A DNA stretch of 43,599 nucleotides, filler included, from Catajapyx aquilonaris (Eukaryota): assembly GCA_000934665.2 (NCBI GenBank). It is 2 parts of 2 records of this genome, joined end to end, with 100 filler letters (N's around TTAATTAATTAA, not from the genome) between each part and the next. Parts side by side here need not be neighbours in the genome. Positions count along the whole stretch, not along the records: positions 1 to 21,742 come from JYFJ02005986.1; 1 more part is not named here. The stretch is one strand, 5' to 3'. Made by a program: the position numbers and the translations under genes. Below, in pieces: positions 1 through 11,830 of the stretch (position 1 is the first letter of the stretch; every line of letters begins with the position of its first letter). The notes below the pieces were generated by a model that was given only the letters and a program-made list of their open reading frames with translations, made no database searches and was not told the DNA's origin.

Positions 1-83
1 CCCCCCCCCTGAAAACATTTCTGGATCCGCGCCTGGCTCTCTATAATATAGCATAAAAGGGATTTGAACATCAGAAAGTACAA

Positions 84-610
84 GGGAGGCATGGTGGTCT
101 GGTGGTTACGCCACTGGCCTGCCAAGCGGGAGGCCGGGGTTCAAATCCCGTCCCCGTCACCTCTGCTTGGCGGGGTCTTTTTCCGCTTTTCACCCGATAT
201 GCTGGGGCAGAATTGCACTCCCTACTCTGCCCAGGGCCAGGAGAAAAGGCTTGGCGTTTAAAGAATGTCATAAATGACTATAACTACAGTGCCCTCCCTC
301 ACCGAAGCAGGTTGGCATAGTGGATAGGGCGTCCGACTGCTAATCGGGAGGTCCTGGGTTCGTATCCCGGGGCCGACGATCCTGACCCGTGGTTTTCTGT
401 GGTTTTCCACGGTCTTCCTAGGATAATTCCGGGGTCGCTTCCGTATAATAGGTCACAACCGCTTCCTTCCTTCCGTATCCTTGGAGGTTGAAGCGGTAAT
501 GCCGGGCCAACCTCCCTAATATCAATATATAAAGTGCCCTCCTTCGGGAACCTCCCCTTCCCCCCTAAAAGACCTCCGCCCTATCACGGGGTTAAAAAAA
601 TAAATAAATA
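84..610 (+). mobile_element. SINE family A (tRNA-Gly(GCC)-derived head), interrupted by a family B SINE
   Basis: Head gcatggtggtctggtggtt...gcctgccaagcgggaggccggggttcaaatccc (A/B boxes, Gly-like arm). TSD aacatca(g/a)aaagtaca at 67-82 / 611-626. Homologous copies at 37100-37389 and 40029-40329. Confidence 0.88.
301..532 (+). mobile_element. SINE family B nested in family A
   Basis: Head accgaagcaggttggcatagtggata...gactgctaatc...ggttcgtatccc. TSD agtgccctcc(c/t)tc on both sides. Confidence 0.88.
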
Positions 611-1705
611 AACATCAAAAAGTACAGGTCAAGGACTACAAAAACCATTCCTGAGTCAATTAATTCCAAAATATGAATGGGATCGTTCTGCCAATTACTG
701 GTAGTATTTCCATTGTTTTCTCCAATATATTGTAAAGTGATACTAATAGTCAAATAACTACAGTATAACATGCTGAGATCCAACTGAATAAAGTCAAGCT
801 AGGAAAACTCGGTAGCCGTGCAGGAAACGGGTACCCGAATCCCATACATTTATCAAATATCACGTTAGATTATAGTTCCATACACGACCCCGATTCGGGT
901 ATTTACGCGTCATCTCATGTGCGACCAGTGCGTGTCTTTTGGGCACACTACACATCAACTCGTGGACTGGAGAATAATTTTCTAAGAAAATCCTCTTCCA
1001 TTTACGAGTAGAATAAGAGTGAGCCCAAGCGAGAAAAATGATGGGGACAGACTTGATAAGGACCTCCCACGAGTTCAGAAAAGGTGATGTCTGTATATCC
1101 CAACACGAATAAACAGTACGGGCATCATAATCTTGACACTACCGTCTCTAATAGCCTATTTTCGAGCTAGGGAAGAGACTACACCAGTTGTATACGTACT
1201 GTACAATGACCTCATTCGAGCTTCTGCCCAAGTCTGTCTCCGTATACAGTATTTGTTCACGATAGTTCATAGTACTGTACAGCATAGCGAAAAGACTGGA
1301 TCCTTCTACCTCCTTATTTACGTTCAATCACTCTTATATGAGGCCCAGGGCCCGGTGGGATCAACGCAACAAGAGAGCTATCAAACAGAAATATACACTA
1401 TAGAAAATACGGAAATAGAATTGGAGCGTCACACATGCATATACGATAGTACTCTACTTCGTTGTGCACTGTACATTGATGATCATTGAGTGCTCTTTAT
1501 GTCTTAAAATAGTAGTGGAACGTAAATGGTTCATGTAATGAACATTTTAATGCAAATATTTCGAACTGAAATGATCATTGCATTTGAATAATCTTTTATT
1601 AGGAGATGAATGCAGGCTGTATCTTACAAATAGACCTGCTTAAGAAAGCCCCAGACTTGCGTAAGTGGATCGTCCTGCAACCCTAATGTTATGTAACTCG
1701 GAGTC

Positions 1706-1993
1706 ACCGAAGCAGTGGTAGCGGAGGGGATATGGTATCCGACTGCTAATCGGGAGGTCCTGGGTTCGAATCCCGGTGGCCGCCGACCCTGACCGTGGTT
1801 TTCTGTGGTTTCCCATGGTCTCACCAGGAAAATTCCGGGGTCGTGTCCGTAATTATAGGCCACAGCCGCTTCCTTCCGTCCCTATCCCATCTCAATATAC
1901 GAGAAGTAAAAACGAAAGCAAGAGTTCCAGATAAAAAAAGATGGTGGTATCCCACCCCCCTAAGAGGGCCCATGGCTCTAGCACGGGGTACAA

Positions 1994-2075
<82 letters not shown>
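1706..2075 (+). mobile_element. SINE family B, full length with (ATT)n tail
   Basis: tRNA-like head; central ggttttctgtggtttccc...ggccacagccgcttccttcc domain resembling locust Lm1/termite Talua-type SINEs; TSD ttatgtaactcggagtca at 1689-1706 / 2073-2090. Confidence 0.9.
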
Positions 2076-2076
<1 letters not shown>

Positions 2077-2850
2077 GTAACTCGGAGTCATCTTTTATTA
2101 CGTACTGTACACGATATTCCGAAACCACCACACTAACTTGTGCCGGGTACCGGCGCCATTTGTGGTGGGTGCATCTCTGTGGTTTGGTATGACAGCACCA
2201 TCTCTGTCCGTCTTGTGTGCGGCAGGCCAAGTAACGTTATTGTGGCTTTTCCAATCTTTATCTTATCAATTGGCATCAAAACCAGGGACCAGAGATCCGG
2301 GACTCGTTCGTATCCGACTCAAATGTTGTGGTTTCTTATATCTATGTTACCAGGTTGTCTATAGTAAATGCCAAAATTTAGCCGGCGAAGGACATTTTTT
2401 GACATATTTTCTACTGCTAATTACTTTTCGTAAAGTTAGGAATCATATATCCATGACGCACCTTTCTCTCCTTCCCCATTGAAGTACAGTAGTCCCTAAG
2501 AGATAATTAGATGATCCGTGTAAACGACTCACAGGCCATTTGACAGTGTTCACATTTTTGCTGCTTCATGCTATAATGCTATATCATGCACCCATGCTAC
2601 TTATAGTGTGCTCTGTACTGTACTGTACGGGCGATTCGATGCCGTTGGCCTGCCGTCGCGATGCACATCGCTGGCTTGTAAACACATGCACGATGTTTAA
2701 GCGCTATCGCTTGCGTCATGACGTGACGTCAGAACCGCTACAACTCACTTCGCTGTATATATCGCCCATCAAATCGCTCACATGGAAACGCGGCTTAAGA
2801 GAAGGGGCAGAGAGGGAGCACGAGGAATCATAGACTACTGTATAGGCCTA

Positions 2851-2991
2851 ATATACGGAAAACGAGAGAACGATCTGACGTCATCGTTTCTTCCATTTGC
2901 TCTTTGTTGACACGGTTTACTCATATTGTTCTGTGAGGGTATTTCCATGGAAACCCTGATGACGTTAAATAGTTCTCTCATTTTTCCGTAC
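2851..2991. mobile_element. Small MITE-like inverted repeat
   Basis: atatacggaaaacgagagaac...gacgtcatc pairs imperfectly with gatgacgtt...gttctctcatttttccgtacat. Confidence 0.5.
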
Positions 2992-3187
2992 ATCAGTGCT
3001 GGACACATTTAAATAGCAGTCCCTAAATGTTTTTTTTTCCGTTACCTGGCAACCGCGCGGGGCGGGCCAATTCAAACATCAGCATATGGAGAGTGCTTAC
3101 AGCGTTCTTTCGATTGTTGCCACTGTTTACAGAGAGCGAGTGACGCGGACGACCCAACGACGGGTCTGCCTGCTTACATAATACTCA

Positions 3188-3880
3188 TAATACAGGATAA
3201 TAATGATATGATAACCAAAAATGAAATATTTCGTGTGGAGGCCCATATTTGCAAAAGTTATGACGTCTTAAAGTGCCCAAATAATACATTTTCATACACA
3301 ATGGTATTACATTAGCGACCACATATAATGACATTGAAGTGTGTATTCAGTTTAAGGACTTTTTCTCATCGGAAGAAAGTTCAATAGAACGGCTCTGCCC
3401 GTCAGTCCGTCTGTGGACATATATCAAGACCTAAACCGCAAGAGATAACGACATACGGTTTTTATATTCGGATTAAGCATGACCAAAATAGGTTTCATGG
3501 TCAACTTCCGGTTTTCTAAACCGCCCGTAAAGTAGACTTGTGCAGATAGAGTGAACCAGAAAAACTGGAAGTTGACCATGAAACCTATTTTGGTCACGCT
3601 TAATCCGAATATGAAAACCGTATGTCGTTATCTCTTGCGGTTTAGGCCTTGATACCTGTCCACAGACGGACGGACAGAGCAGTTCTATTTGACTTTTTCT
3701 GATGAGAAAAAGTCCGTAAACTGATTACCCACTTCTTTGTTATTATATGTGGTCGCTAATGTAATCCCATTGTGTATGAAAAGGTATTATTTTTGGCACT
3801 TTAAGACGTCATAACTTTTGCAAATATGGGCCTCAGCCTGAAATATTTCATTTTTGGTTATAATATATTGTCCAGTATTA
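3188..3880. mobile_element. Foldback element with ~310-bp inverted arms and ~40-bp spacer
   Basis: 3211-3517 aligns to the reverse complement of 3558-3861 along its length. Confidence 0.85.
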
Positions 3881-4180
3881 GCATGTTAAGTTAGCATCCG
3901 TCATTATCACCCGGGAAATGTCCTTTGCCAGATATACGCAGGAAAAAGGGGAAATAATGATGTTAGCAGCAAGCCACTTAGGAAAAATGTTCCCCGGACT
4001 AAATTAAAGGTTTTCTTCCACAGCACACGAAATTCTATCCCGCATAGGGGAGTGTTGGACACCCCTTAATTAAAATAAGGGGTGCGATAATAACTGAAAG
4101 TGCGTCAACTGACGGATTCTTTCGGTTTGTGTATTTCCCGCGTAATTCGACACCTCTAAACGAATGGAGACCATGCTTCG

Positions 4181-4371
4181 TATGTCAGACACCGCGTCAG
4201 TCTCGTAATTTGGCCTCATAAGACGTCATATTTCAAAATGACCGCCCCATATACGTGACAGGAAGAGGTACAGGACTAACAGGACTAACATGACACGAAT
4301 ATGGGGCAGCCATTTTGAAATATGACGTCTTATAGGGCCAAATTACGAGACTGACACGGTGTCTGACATAT
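4181..4371. mobile_element. Foldback/MITE with ~75-bp arms
   Basis: atgtcagacaccgcgtcagtctcgtaatttggcc... versus ...ggccaaattacgagactgacacggtgtctgacat. Confidence 0.75.
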
Positions 4372-5105
4372 GCGAGGCCCCTTTTCGTTTTCACCAAACA
4401 TTCACGCCCCCCCCCCGGTCCCAATAAATTTCAGCAGGAGTTTCTTGCAAGAAATTTTTATAACTGAGGAATGAAAACATGTTGAAATAGGAGCAACAAC
4501 AGAAGGGCCAATAAGCCCGCCGTAGGCGAAATATTTTTGGAGTTCGAGGTCACACAGGTTTAGGTGAATGTAGCTGACAAAGTACAGGGGAACCTTCCTA
4601 TACTGTAAGCACATCGGATACAAGTAAGGAGAAAAGTCGGTCCCTTCATATTGCCAGCAGCGCCAAGCGGAAACATGTTACATTATTTTACTTATTTCTC
4701 ATGGCCTCACGCCCCCCCTGAAATTCTCTCACGCCCCTGTGGTTGGGAACCAGGGCTGTAAGCAGTGGCAACAATCGAAGGGTATCGTTGAATCACCTAT
4801 TGCGGTGTGTCATTTGGGTTCCGAAACCTCGTTACAGAGCGATTTGCCTTCTAACAAAAAGTATCAAATTCAACTATTCAAAGTTGATACCATTAAATAA
4901 ACACTGAAATGGTCGTAGGTCGTTTCAGCCCGAAAGTACGTGGTACTTTGCCCTTTTCCGTTAGAATTAATTATATCAGTAATGAGGCTTCGAAGAGCAA
5001 GTGACGTCCCTACACAAATTGATACCTGGATGTCCACAAACTTACCCTATAAGTTTGTTTGAATCATTCCTAAACATCATGTACAAGTATAGCTTTGTTT
5101 GCTAA

Positions 5106-5177
5106 ATATTGGTAGCTAGCTGATGGCGTCAATGACTCCCATGGGAGTCTTTGACGCCATCAGCTAGCTACCAATAT
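5106..5177. repeat. 72-bp spacerless palindrome (1 mismatch)
   Basis: 36-bp arms centred on CCA|TGG. Confidence 0.95.
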
Positions 5178-5245
5178 CGTGAGGGAGAAGGGAGGTCAGA
5201 GAGGGTATGTGCACATACCCTCTCTGACCTCCCTTCTCCCTCACG
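5178..5245. repeat. 68-bp perfect spacerless palindrome
   Basis: 34-bp arms centred on GTG|CAC, directly abutting the previous palindrome. Confidence 0.95.
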
Positions 5246-5426
5246 AACTATAGTCCCTGAATTCAATACTAGACGCAAGTAATGAGATAGTAACACAATA
5301 TTTGTGTTCCTCTGAGGCTAATAAATGGGCTGGAGTCTCAGTCACATGCCCTGAGGCAATGGACACACACGTATCAAACTGTCTTGCCGAGTGGTTATTA
5401 TCCTCCCCCCAGAATTCTTAAAAGTT

Positions 5427-7343
5427 AGGCGCCTTCTTCCAAAACCCGATAAATCCAAGATAAATGGTTCCGAGATAATTGAGAAAAAGCTGTGGTGCCG
5501 AAGCTAATTAATATTACTAGACCGGCCCAAGTCCATCTGCTACATATGTGGATGCTGCATATGATGAGCTTGTACAAGAAAATGATCAACATCGTCAAGT
5601 CGTAGTTTCAGGAATAGTCGTTGTGGATATATCGATTTTTGCTGCAAAGAGAGTGGATTTGGCGGTTTTTGCAACATTGAGGATGAGGCATAAAATATAT
5701 GGGCGAGTGGCCTTCCGTTCGATTTGCCTGAAAATGGGATATGTTGTAGCCCAGACCCTCCTGATCAATGTTGGATAGGGACATTTCGAGGTAGGACCTA
5801 CAGGGAGCATGCTATTGACCTCCGAAGGTCATATGGGATATGATCTAGTTTTCCGTTCGATTTGGCTGAAAATGGGATATGTTGCAGCCCAGACCATCCT
5901 GATCAATGTTGGATAGGGACATTTCGAAGTAGGACCTACAGGGAGCATGCTGATTGCTATTCATCGAAGAGGCTAGAAGACTGCTGTGAGAGAAACCTCG
6001 CTTCTTTACATTGACCCAATGAATGTTGAAGTGCAGCTGGAGGAAACTCCAGATGACAACCTTCAAGGAGTAGAATTTGAACCAGAGGAATAGGTAATAA
6101 AGATTAATAGATAATTTAATGCAATAACCATTGAGTTCCTGAGACTTATTGTAGTCTACTACTCCCCCTATTACCTTCGGAGGTCATTAGCATGCTCCCT
6201 GTAGGTCCTACCTCGAAATGTCCCCATCCAACATTGATCAGGAGGGTCTGGGCTACAACATATCCCATTTTCAGGCAAATCGAACGGAAGGCCACTCGCC
6301 CATATATTTTGTGCCTCATCCTTTGAAAACCCAGTGGTGACTCCATTACAGGAACACCAGCTTCAGGGTCGTGGCTGAAAGTGGTGTGAAGCGGAGTCGG
6401 AGTGATTATGATAATAATCATTGTGAATATTTCAGTCACGTATCATAACAGCATTACCAGCATAACTGGTATTTTTATGTATAGAGTCTTCATTTACCTG
6501 GGTCCCGCCACGGGTTCGTCCGGCACGTACATCTTGGAGCAGGAACCTATGTAGTCTGACTGCCAGAGTGCCAGACGACTGCCTTGACAAAGAACGCGTA
6601 CGGGAGGAAGCACGACTCACTGTGGTGCCATGTGTAGCTTAGAGATGGATTTGTCTGAGTACGAAAGATATCCCAGGCCAACTAGAGCTGTTCACGCTGG
6701 ATTTGTCGGGTTATGGATGATTCGGTGGATTTGTCGGTTTTAGAAACATAGAATATTGTGACGTAACCCACGGCACACGCCACGTTTATGTGACGTAGCA
6801 CGTATATGACCAATGATGATCAAGTCGTATGGTAACGCAACGACGAGAAAACACCAGGACGATAGTCATGATGGGTGACAAAGGGTATACGCACATAATA
6901 GAGTTTGGGTTCTACTTTCAGCCTCTTTAATGCGGTTGTTCACAATGAGAGTAGGGGTATACAGGATGATGGAGGGTAGGAATGGAGGTGACCAGTGGCC
7001 CCATAGTGGAGGACCAACTGGCCTCGAGTTACAATTGTGTCTGCCTTTTATAGTGGAGAGAAGCCCCACTGCATGCTGGGAAATTCATGACATTGCAATA
7101 CAGAATCGATTTTGTTGTACTATGATGACATCAAAACTGGCAAGGTCACAATATGAACTTCCTGCCTGCATTTGTCGGGTTTTGCATGATAGGCCACTTT
7201 TCTTCTGGCCATTACAGCCGCATTTGTCGATGTTTGCTGAATATTTTGTCGTTACGTGATGAAATACATCTTGAAGAACATATTTCCACCCTTAACTAAT
7301 TTTTTTGGAAATTGGATTTGTCGGGTTTTGGAAGAAGGTGCCT
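5427..7343. mobile_element. Non-autonomous DNA transposon (~31-bp TIRs) with internal GGATTTGTCGG motifs
   Basis: aggcgccttcttccaaaacccgataaatccaa versus ttggatttgtcgggttttggaagaaggtgcct; the motif recurs near 6647, 6699, 6728 and 7171. Confidence 0.7.
5680..6322. mobile_element. Nested MITE with ~150-bp TIRs and an internal direct copy of part of the left arm
   Basis: 5680-5830 is inverted at 6171-6322; direct repeat at 5851-5951; flanked by TTG on both sides. Confidence 0.8.
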
Positions 7344-8040
7344 CTTTTGTGCTTGGTATTCAGCCACACAACACATGGATTTTATAAAAACCATGAGAAA
7401 ATGCAACAATATTGTTGCTTCCAAATGTCATCCTTGGAAGCAGGTGATGTTGAGAATGATTACTTTTTCATGTACGTAATGTTCAAAGAGTGAGGTTAAA
7501 TAACTTACGAGCAAAGACCACTCTCCAAGCAAAAGAGAAGGGTCTGTGGACTGCGTCGTGGATATTTGGGAAAGGGTTAAAAATTGATCTTTACCTCGAG
7601 ACTGAACGTAATAATATATCGTTTCCTAAATTGATTTACACCCTGTCGCTTTAATCCATGCAATATGGTACCAAATATTGTGCACTGCAGAGCTATTCGC
7701 CTTAGCTGCGCTTCCAGTTCTGCCCATATGGGTACACCTCAATACCAAACAGGACTGCAAAGGCAAGTACCCAACCTCCCTAGGGAACCAGGTTCTCCAA
7801 AGAAGGGTTTATTGTGACTTGCCTCGTCGCCTGGGAAAGCTTAGCATAGGCCATACCTGCTTTGTTTGTAATTCTACAAGTGTTGGGGTGGAGGGAAGGA
7901 TGGCTCCTTGATCCAAGAGGAATCCAATCCCACAGCCATTAAATGCCCCCACCTGTGGGAAGTGCGACAATAATAAAAAATACAATTACTGCTAATACTG
8001 TATGAGAGTTCACAAGGTTCGTGGCAAGCATTTTGTGAGA

Positions 8041-8589
8041 TCTAATACATATTTTGACAGGCCTCGACGCGACGTATCCCCCAGGGTGATCACTATGGGT
8101 AGTTTTTAACGGGGAAGGTTTTTATCACATTGGACTTGACCTCCGAGGTTATCCTTGGCCGCAGGAGGCGAAATACCATGTTCCCATGAGTTCCCATCAC
8201 GTTTATCACGCAGCTAATACCCTCATCACCAACAGTCATATTATAGCTACTTCCCAAAGCAGCGACTGTTACTTCCGGCTCGCCATCTTCCAGAAACCGT
8301 TCCAAATCGCACGCCTGTTCTTTTCATCAATTTACACGGTTTATTCGGCCATGATTTGATCTTATTCCATTTTTACCCTAGACACGGCATGGCACGGTCC
8401 AGCTACGGCCTCGGTGCAGGCCCAGGGTTCGAGCTGGTGCTTTAAATACCGACCGGTTTTAGGCTGTAAGACTGGGGGGCAACATTCCTCAAGGCTAAAG
8501 TCACGGCATGTTGTAGTAACCACGAAATTAATGAGTTACTCCAATGGAAAAGTATTTTATAACCCGAGCAACGCCGGGTATCCTGCTAG
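8041..8589 (+). mobile_element. Non-autonomous Helitron-like element
   Basis: A|TCTAATAC 5' end, subterminal hairpin acccgagcaacgccgggt, CTAG|T 3' end, no TSD. A second copy shares the same 5' boundary at 22116. Confidence 0.65.
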
Positions 8590-8814
8590 TGATAAAATAT
8601 GAATGAATACGAATGGTTAAAGAAAGAGGAAGTTAGGGAGGCGGTGGGATAATGAGGGATTGATAGAGAGCAGGTAATAGTGAAATTAAGTACTATTGAA
8701 GTAGAGTTGAGGACCGTAGTTCGGCATGGAATAGGGAGCTACATTGAATAATTAGGGCATCCAATCCCTAGGTTGAGGATATTCCCCAAAATAATACCGA
8801 GGTGGCCATTCACG

Positions 8815-8945
8815 AGTTTCCCCGGGTTCGAATCCCGGTGCCGACTGTTCGGGGTTTTCTGTGGTTTTAACCGGCAACTACCAGGACAATATTCCGGAAT
8901 AGTTTCCTGAATTCCGGAATCACCACAACCATTAATGTCGCCTAT
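8815..8945 (+). mobile_element. Decayed SINE related to family B
   Basis: B box gggttcgaatcccgg followed by ggttttctgtggtttt...ccagg...ccggaatagtt. Confidence 0.6.
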
Positions 8946-11099
8946 CTCCCTCACCAAGTATATTTGATATCGTACAAAACGGAAACGCTACATTATTTTG
9001 CGCACAGTTGATTTGGCGATGAAAGGCCCGCTCAGAGGTTTCATAACACCTCTTCCAACCAACCCCATAAAATAGTAATTGTTGCCCCTCACGGGAATGC
9101 CAAAAAAAACTTAGTACATGTTACTACAATACCTGATCGCTCCCACAACTCGTGCTAAAATTATTAGGCTAAAATTACTCTGGATGGATGGAATCACCCA
9201 ATCACAGTCACTTTGACGAAATGACTAATGCTTCTTACTGTTGTTCTCCTGTCAATAAGTAATGTGCGGTACCATGCTTACAATAATATTATTATGGAGA
9301 TCAGATGGGGGAAAAATATTTATTTGCCTTCAGAAATACTGTAGCCTACAAGCCCTACATACCCCCTACCTCTGCACAAGTTAAATAGTGGCAGGTAACC
9401 ACTCATTCAGGACAGCAAGGAACCTGCATGACTAGACCTCAGCTTCAATTTGCCCTTCCTTGACTTGACTCAATAAATAGACACTGTTGGCCGGTGACCA
9501 ACTCTCAGAACAAGATGGGAAGGAGAATCATTGAAGGTGAAAATGAAGTCATGCGAAACCAGTATTAGAATCACAGGGGAGAAATACAGTGGGTTGAACT
9601 GGGGTCTGGGGAATTTGTGGAAGACTCGAAGGATTAATCTAGAGGAAGCATATCTTAGGGCGGTCTCTGCGTAACTCCTCCACACACAAAATGCTGACGA
9701 CTTTCAAAGCTTTCACGGATATTGAAAAATGTGATAAAAATAGCTGAGGCCAACACCTAGGTAATGTGAAATGTTAATGTGTGTACCCATTCTGGTACGA
9801 AAATTACAGCAGTGTTGCCAATAATTATCAGACGACCCACATAATTATCACTTAGCTGCGGAAGAGTTGCATCAATAATACAGAAACAGGTGTGAATAAT
9901 TATATATAATCGAAATCAGTCGCATATCGGCCCGATCGAGCAGCTGCACTCAGGTCCACTTCCAGCCATTTTAACATGATGGACCCAGTAACATTTTTTG
10001 GGCATTTTTCAAGCTCCCAAGTAATTTGAAGGTCGACCGCTGTTACTTCGAAAAGAATTTTTGTGCGATTCCACCTCGATAGCCTCCCTCGCATTATGCT
10101 TCTGAGCACGTGATGGTTACTCGAAACTACGTAACATGTGTGGAGATGTGTAATTACCCAAAGACAAATAAATATTTCTAAGATTGATGCCGGGCATTAC
10201 TCAATTGACAGGATAAGAGCATTAAGTCCTTCGATGAACGTCACTGCGAATGTCATTTGGCTCATCCATTAAGTGAATGGACTTCTATATACCGTGAGTA
10301 ATAATCCAGCATCCCACCCCAGCCCATCAGCTGGCTCACTCCAACTTCCTCCAAGTCCAGTTCCAGTCGTGAGGAGATGGAGAGCGGAAATACGCAACCG
10401 GCTCAGTTGTTACAAAATATATCATTTTCTGTTGCTGCGTAATGGATCCTGCAGGGTTTGCTTTTGCATTGTAGATATTTTGTGGACATACAGTACTTAT
10501 ACTGTATTAATAAATCAAGCATAATCCGGAAGGGTCCAATCGAATCAACCCGCCCACCACACACCCAAAAATGTCGCCTCAGATACCATGATACCATTCT
10601 ACAGTATACTAACAAGTAATCTAATTTGAAGAGACGAGTAGACTACTACTGTACAGTAAACCAGCCTATAGACTACTTGTGGTAGATGACTATTATTATT
10701 TTGGTGACGCCAAGCTTAAATACTTTTCATGCAGAATTATCACCGGCGAATTGTTGGAATACAAGGAGATGAATAACGCATAATGCTGTTACTGTTATTG
10801 GGTACGGACTATACCACCATATAAGGGCAATAATTACCTTTACCCGAAGTAGGGCGTGACCATTAAGCTCACGCAAACTTCATGTGAATTCCCTTTAGTA
10901 GCAAACGCAAATTCTTGCCGGCTGCACTCGATTCCGTACAGTGTCAGAGCGTTGTCTATTCTGGTGTAGCGTCATATCATTTGGCATGATTAATACAGAA
11001 ACTGAGAAAGTGAGATAATGTTTTTACCAGAATGATCTCAAAAAATAATAAACTCAATCCGTTGGGACAGACAGCATAATAGGATTGCATGGTGAATAA

Positions 11100-11830
11100 C
11101 ACAATTAAGCTAATAATTTTTGAAAAATGCTCCAAGTAATTCGAAGTAAAAAATATATGGCAATGCATACATGATTTTAAAAAGTCAGGTGAGATCCGCA
11201 TTGAGATCCGTATTGGTCGAAATCTCGCGTACGGTCCTAAGTCAAGTTGGCACCCTGATTAACAGGCATGGTGAAGTCCACGCGCATGCATGCAGTTTGT
11301 GCGACTGTCTCATCTGGTGGGTGGGTGAGCATATGCGAGATTTTTAAGGATACATGTCTCACCTTACTATATGGGCATCATATGTATAGTAACTGTATTG
11401 GAGATCCTGTAGGACACATGCTTGGAAACAAAACTAATAGATCTACTACGTTTCCATGAACCTACACGGATTTCATGGAGATAGAAAGGGGTTGCCTAGT
11501 GCATCCACGTTGGATTTACACAAGTTTGTACACGGTGTTAAGAATGACAATACAATGGTTTATTGTGGTAGTCGCCGTGTTGATTACTCTGGAAACCCTC
11601 ACCTCACCCAAAGAAGCGAGAATACATCAGAAAGATGTTACACCTCGCTTACCCCCAAACCCTAATTCATGATCCCCGTCTCCATCAGAGCTCGTGATCC
11701 GGATCATCCGCGCCAGAGCCCTGAAAAGAGCGTGATATTGTTCCTGAACAGAATCAGAGGTGAATCAACAAAATCAACAACCTTCCCCAATCACTGCTCA
11801 CCCCTTTTCTCTCGCTCAAATGCAGTAGGT
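11100..11830 (-). pseudogene. Very decayed L1/Tx1-like reverse transcriptase remnant
   Basis: Broken motifs in the expected order: LGFG, IQRGCT..PLS, KISH, YGSQCG..F*KS, FELLG; many stops and frameshifts. Confidence 0.3.

Larger units (their letters stand above)
3109..4779. mobile_element. Outer inverted-repeat-bounded element enclosing two foldbacks
   Basis: ttcgattgttgccactgtttacag (3109-3132) is the reverse complement of ctgtaagcagtggcaacaatcgaa (4756-4779) with 1 mismatch. Confidence 0.55.

Noticed and set aside
1..35. ctggatccgcgcctg, possible hAT-type MITE right end
   Set aside because: Truncated by the window edge.
84..372. tRNA-Gly and tRNA-Ser genes
   Set aside because: tRNA-like heads lack a closing acceptor stem and continue into SINE bodies with tails and TSDs.
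1795..2230. ORFs with poly-Tyr/Leu/Asn/Ile runs (also near 22699-23040, 27419-27673, 36049-36234)
   Set aside because: They are translations of (ATT)n SINE tails.
5680..6322. CRISPR-like or satellite array
   Set aside because: Only 2 direct copies plus 1 inverted copy, no repeat-spacer periodicity, and eukaryotic context.
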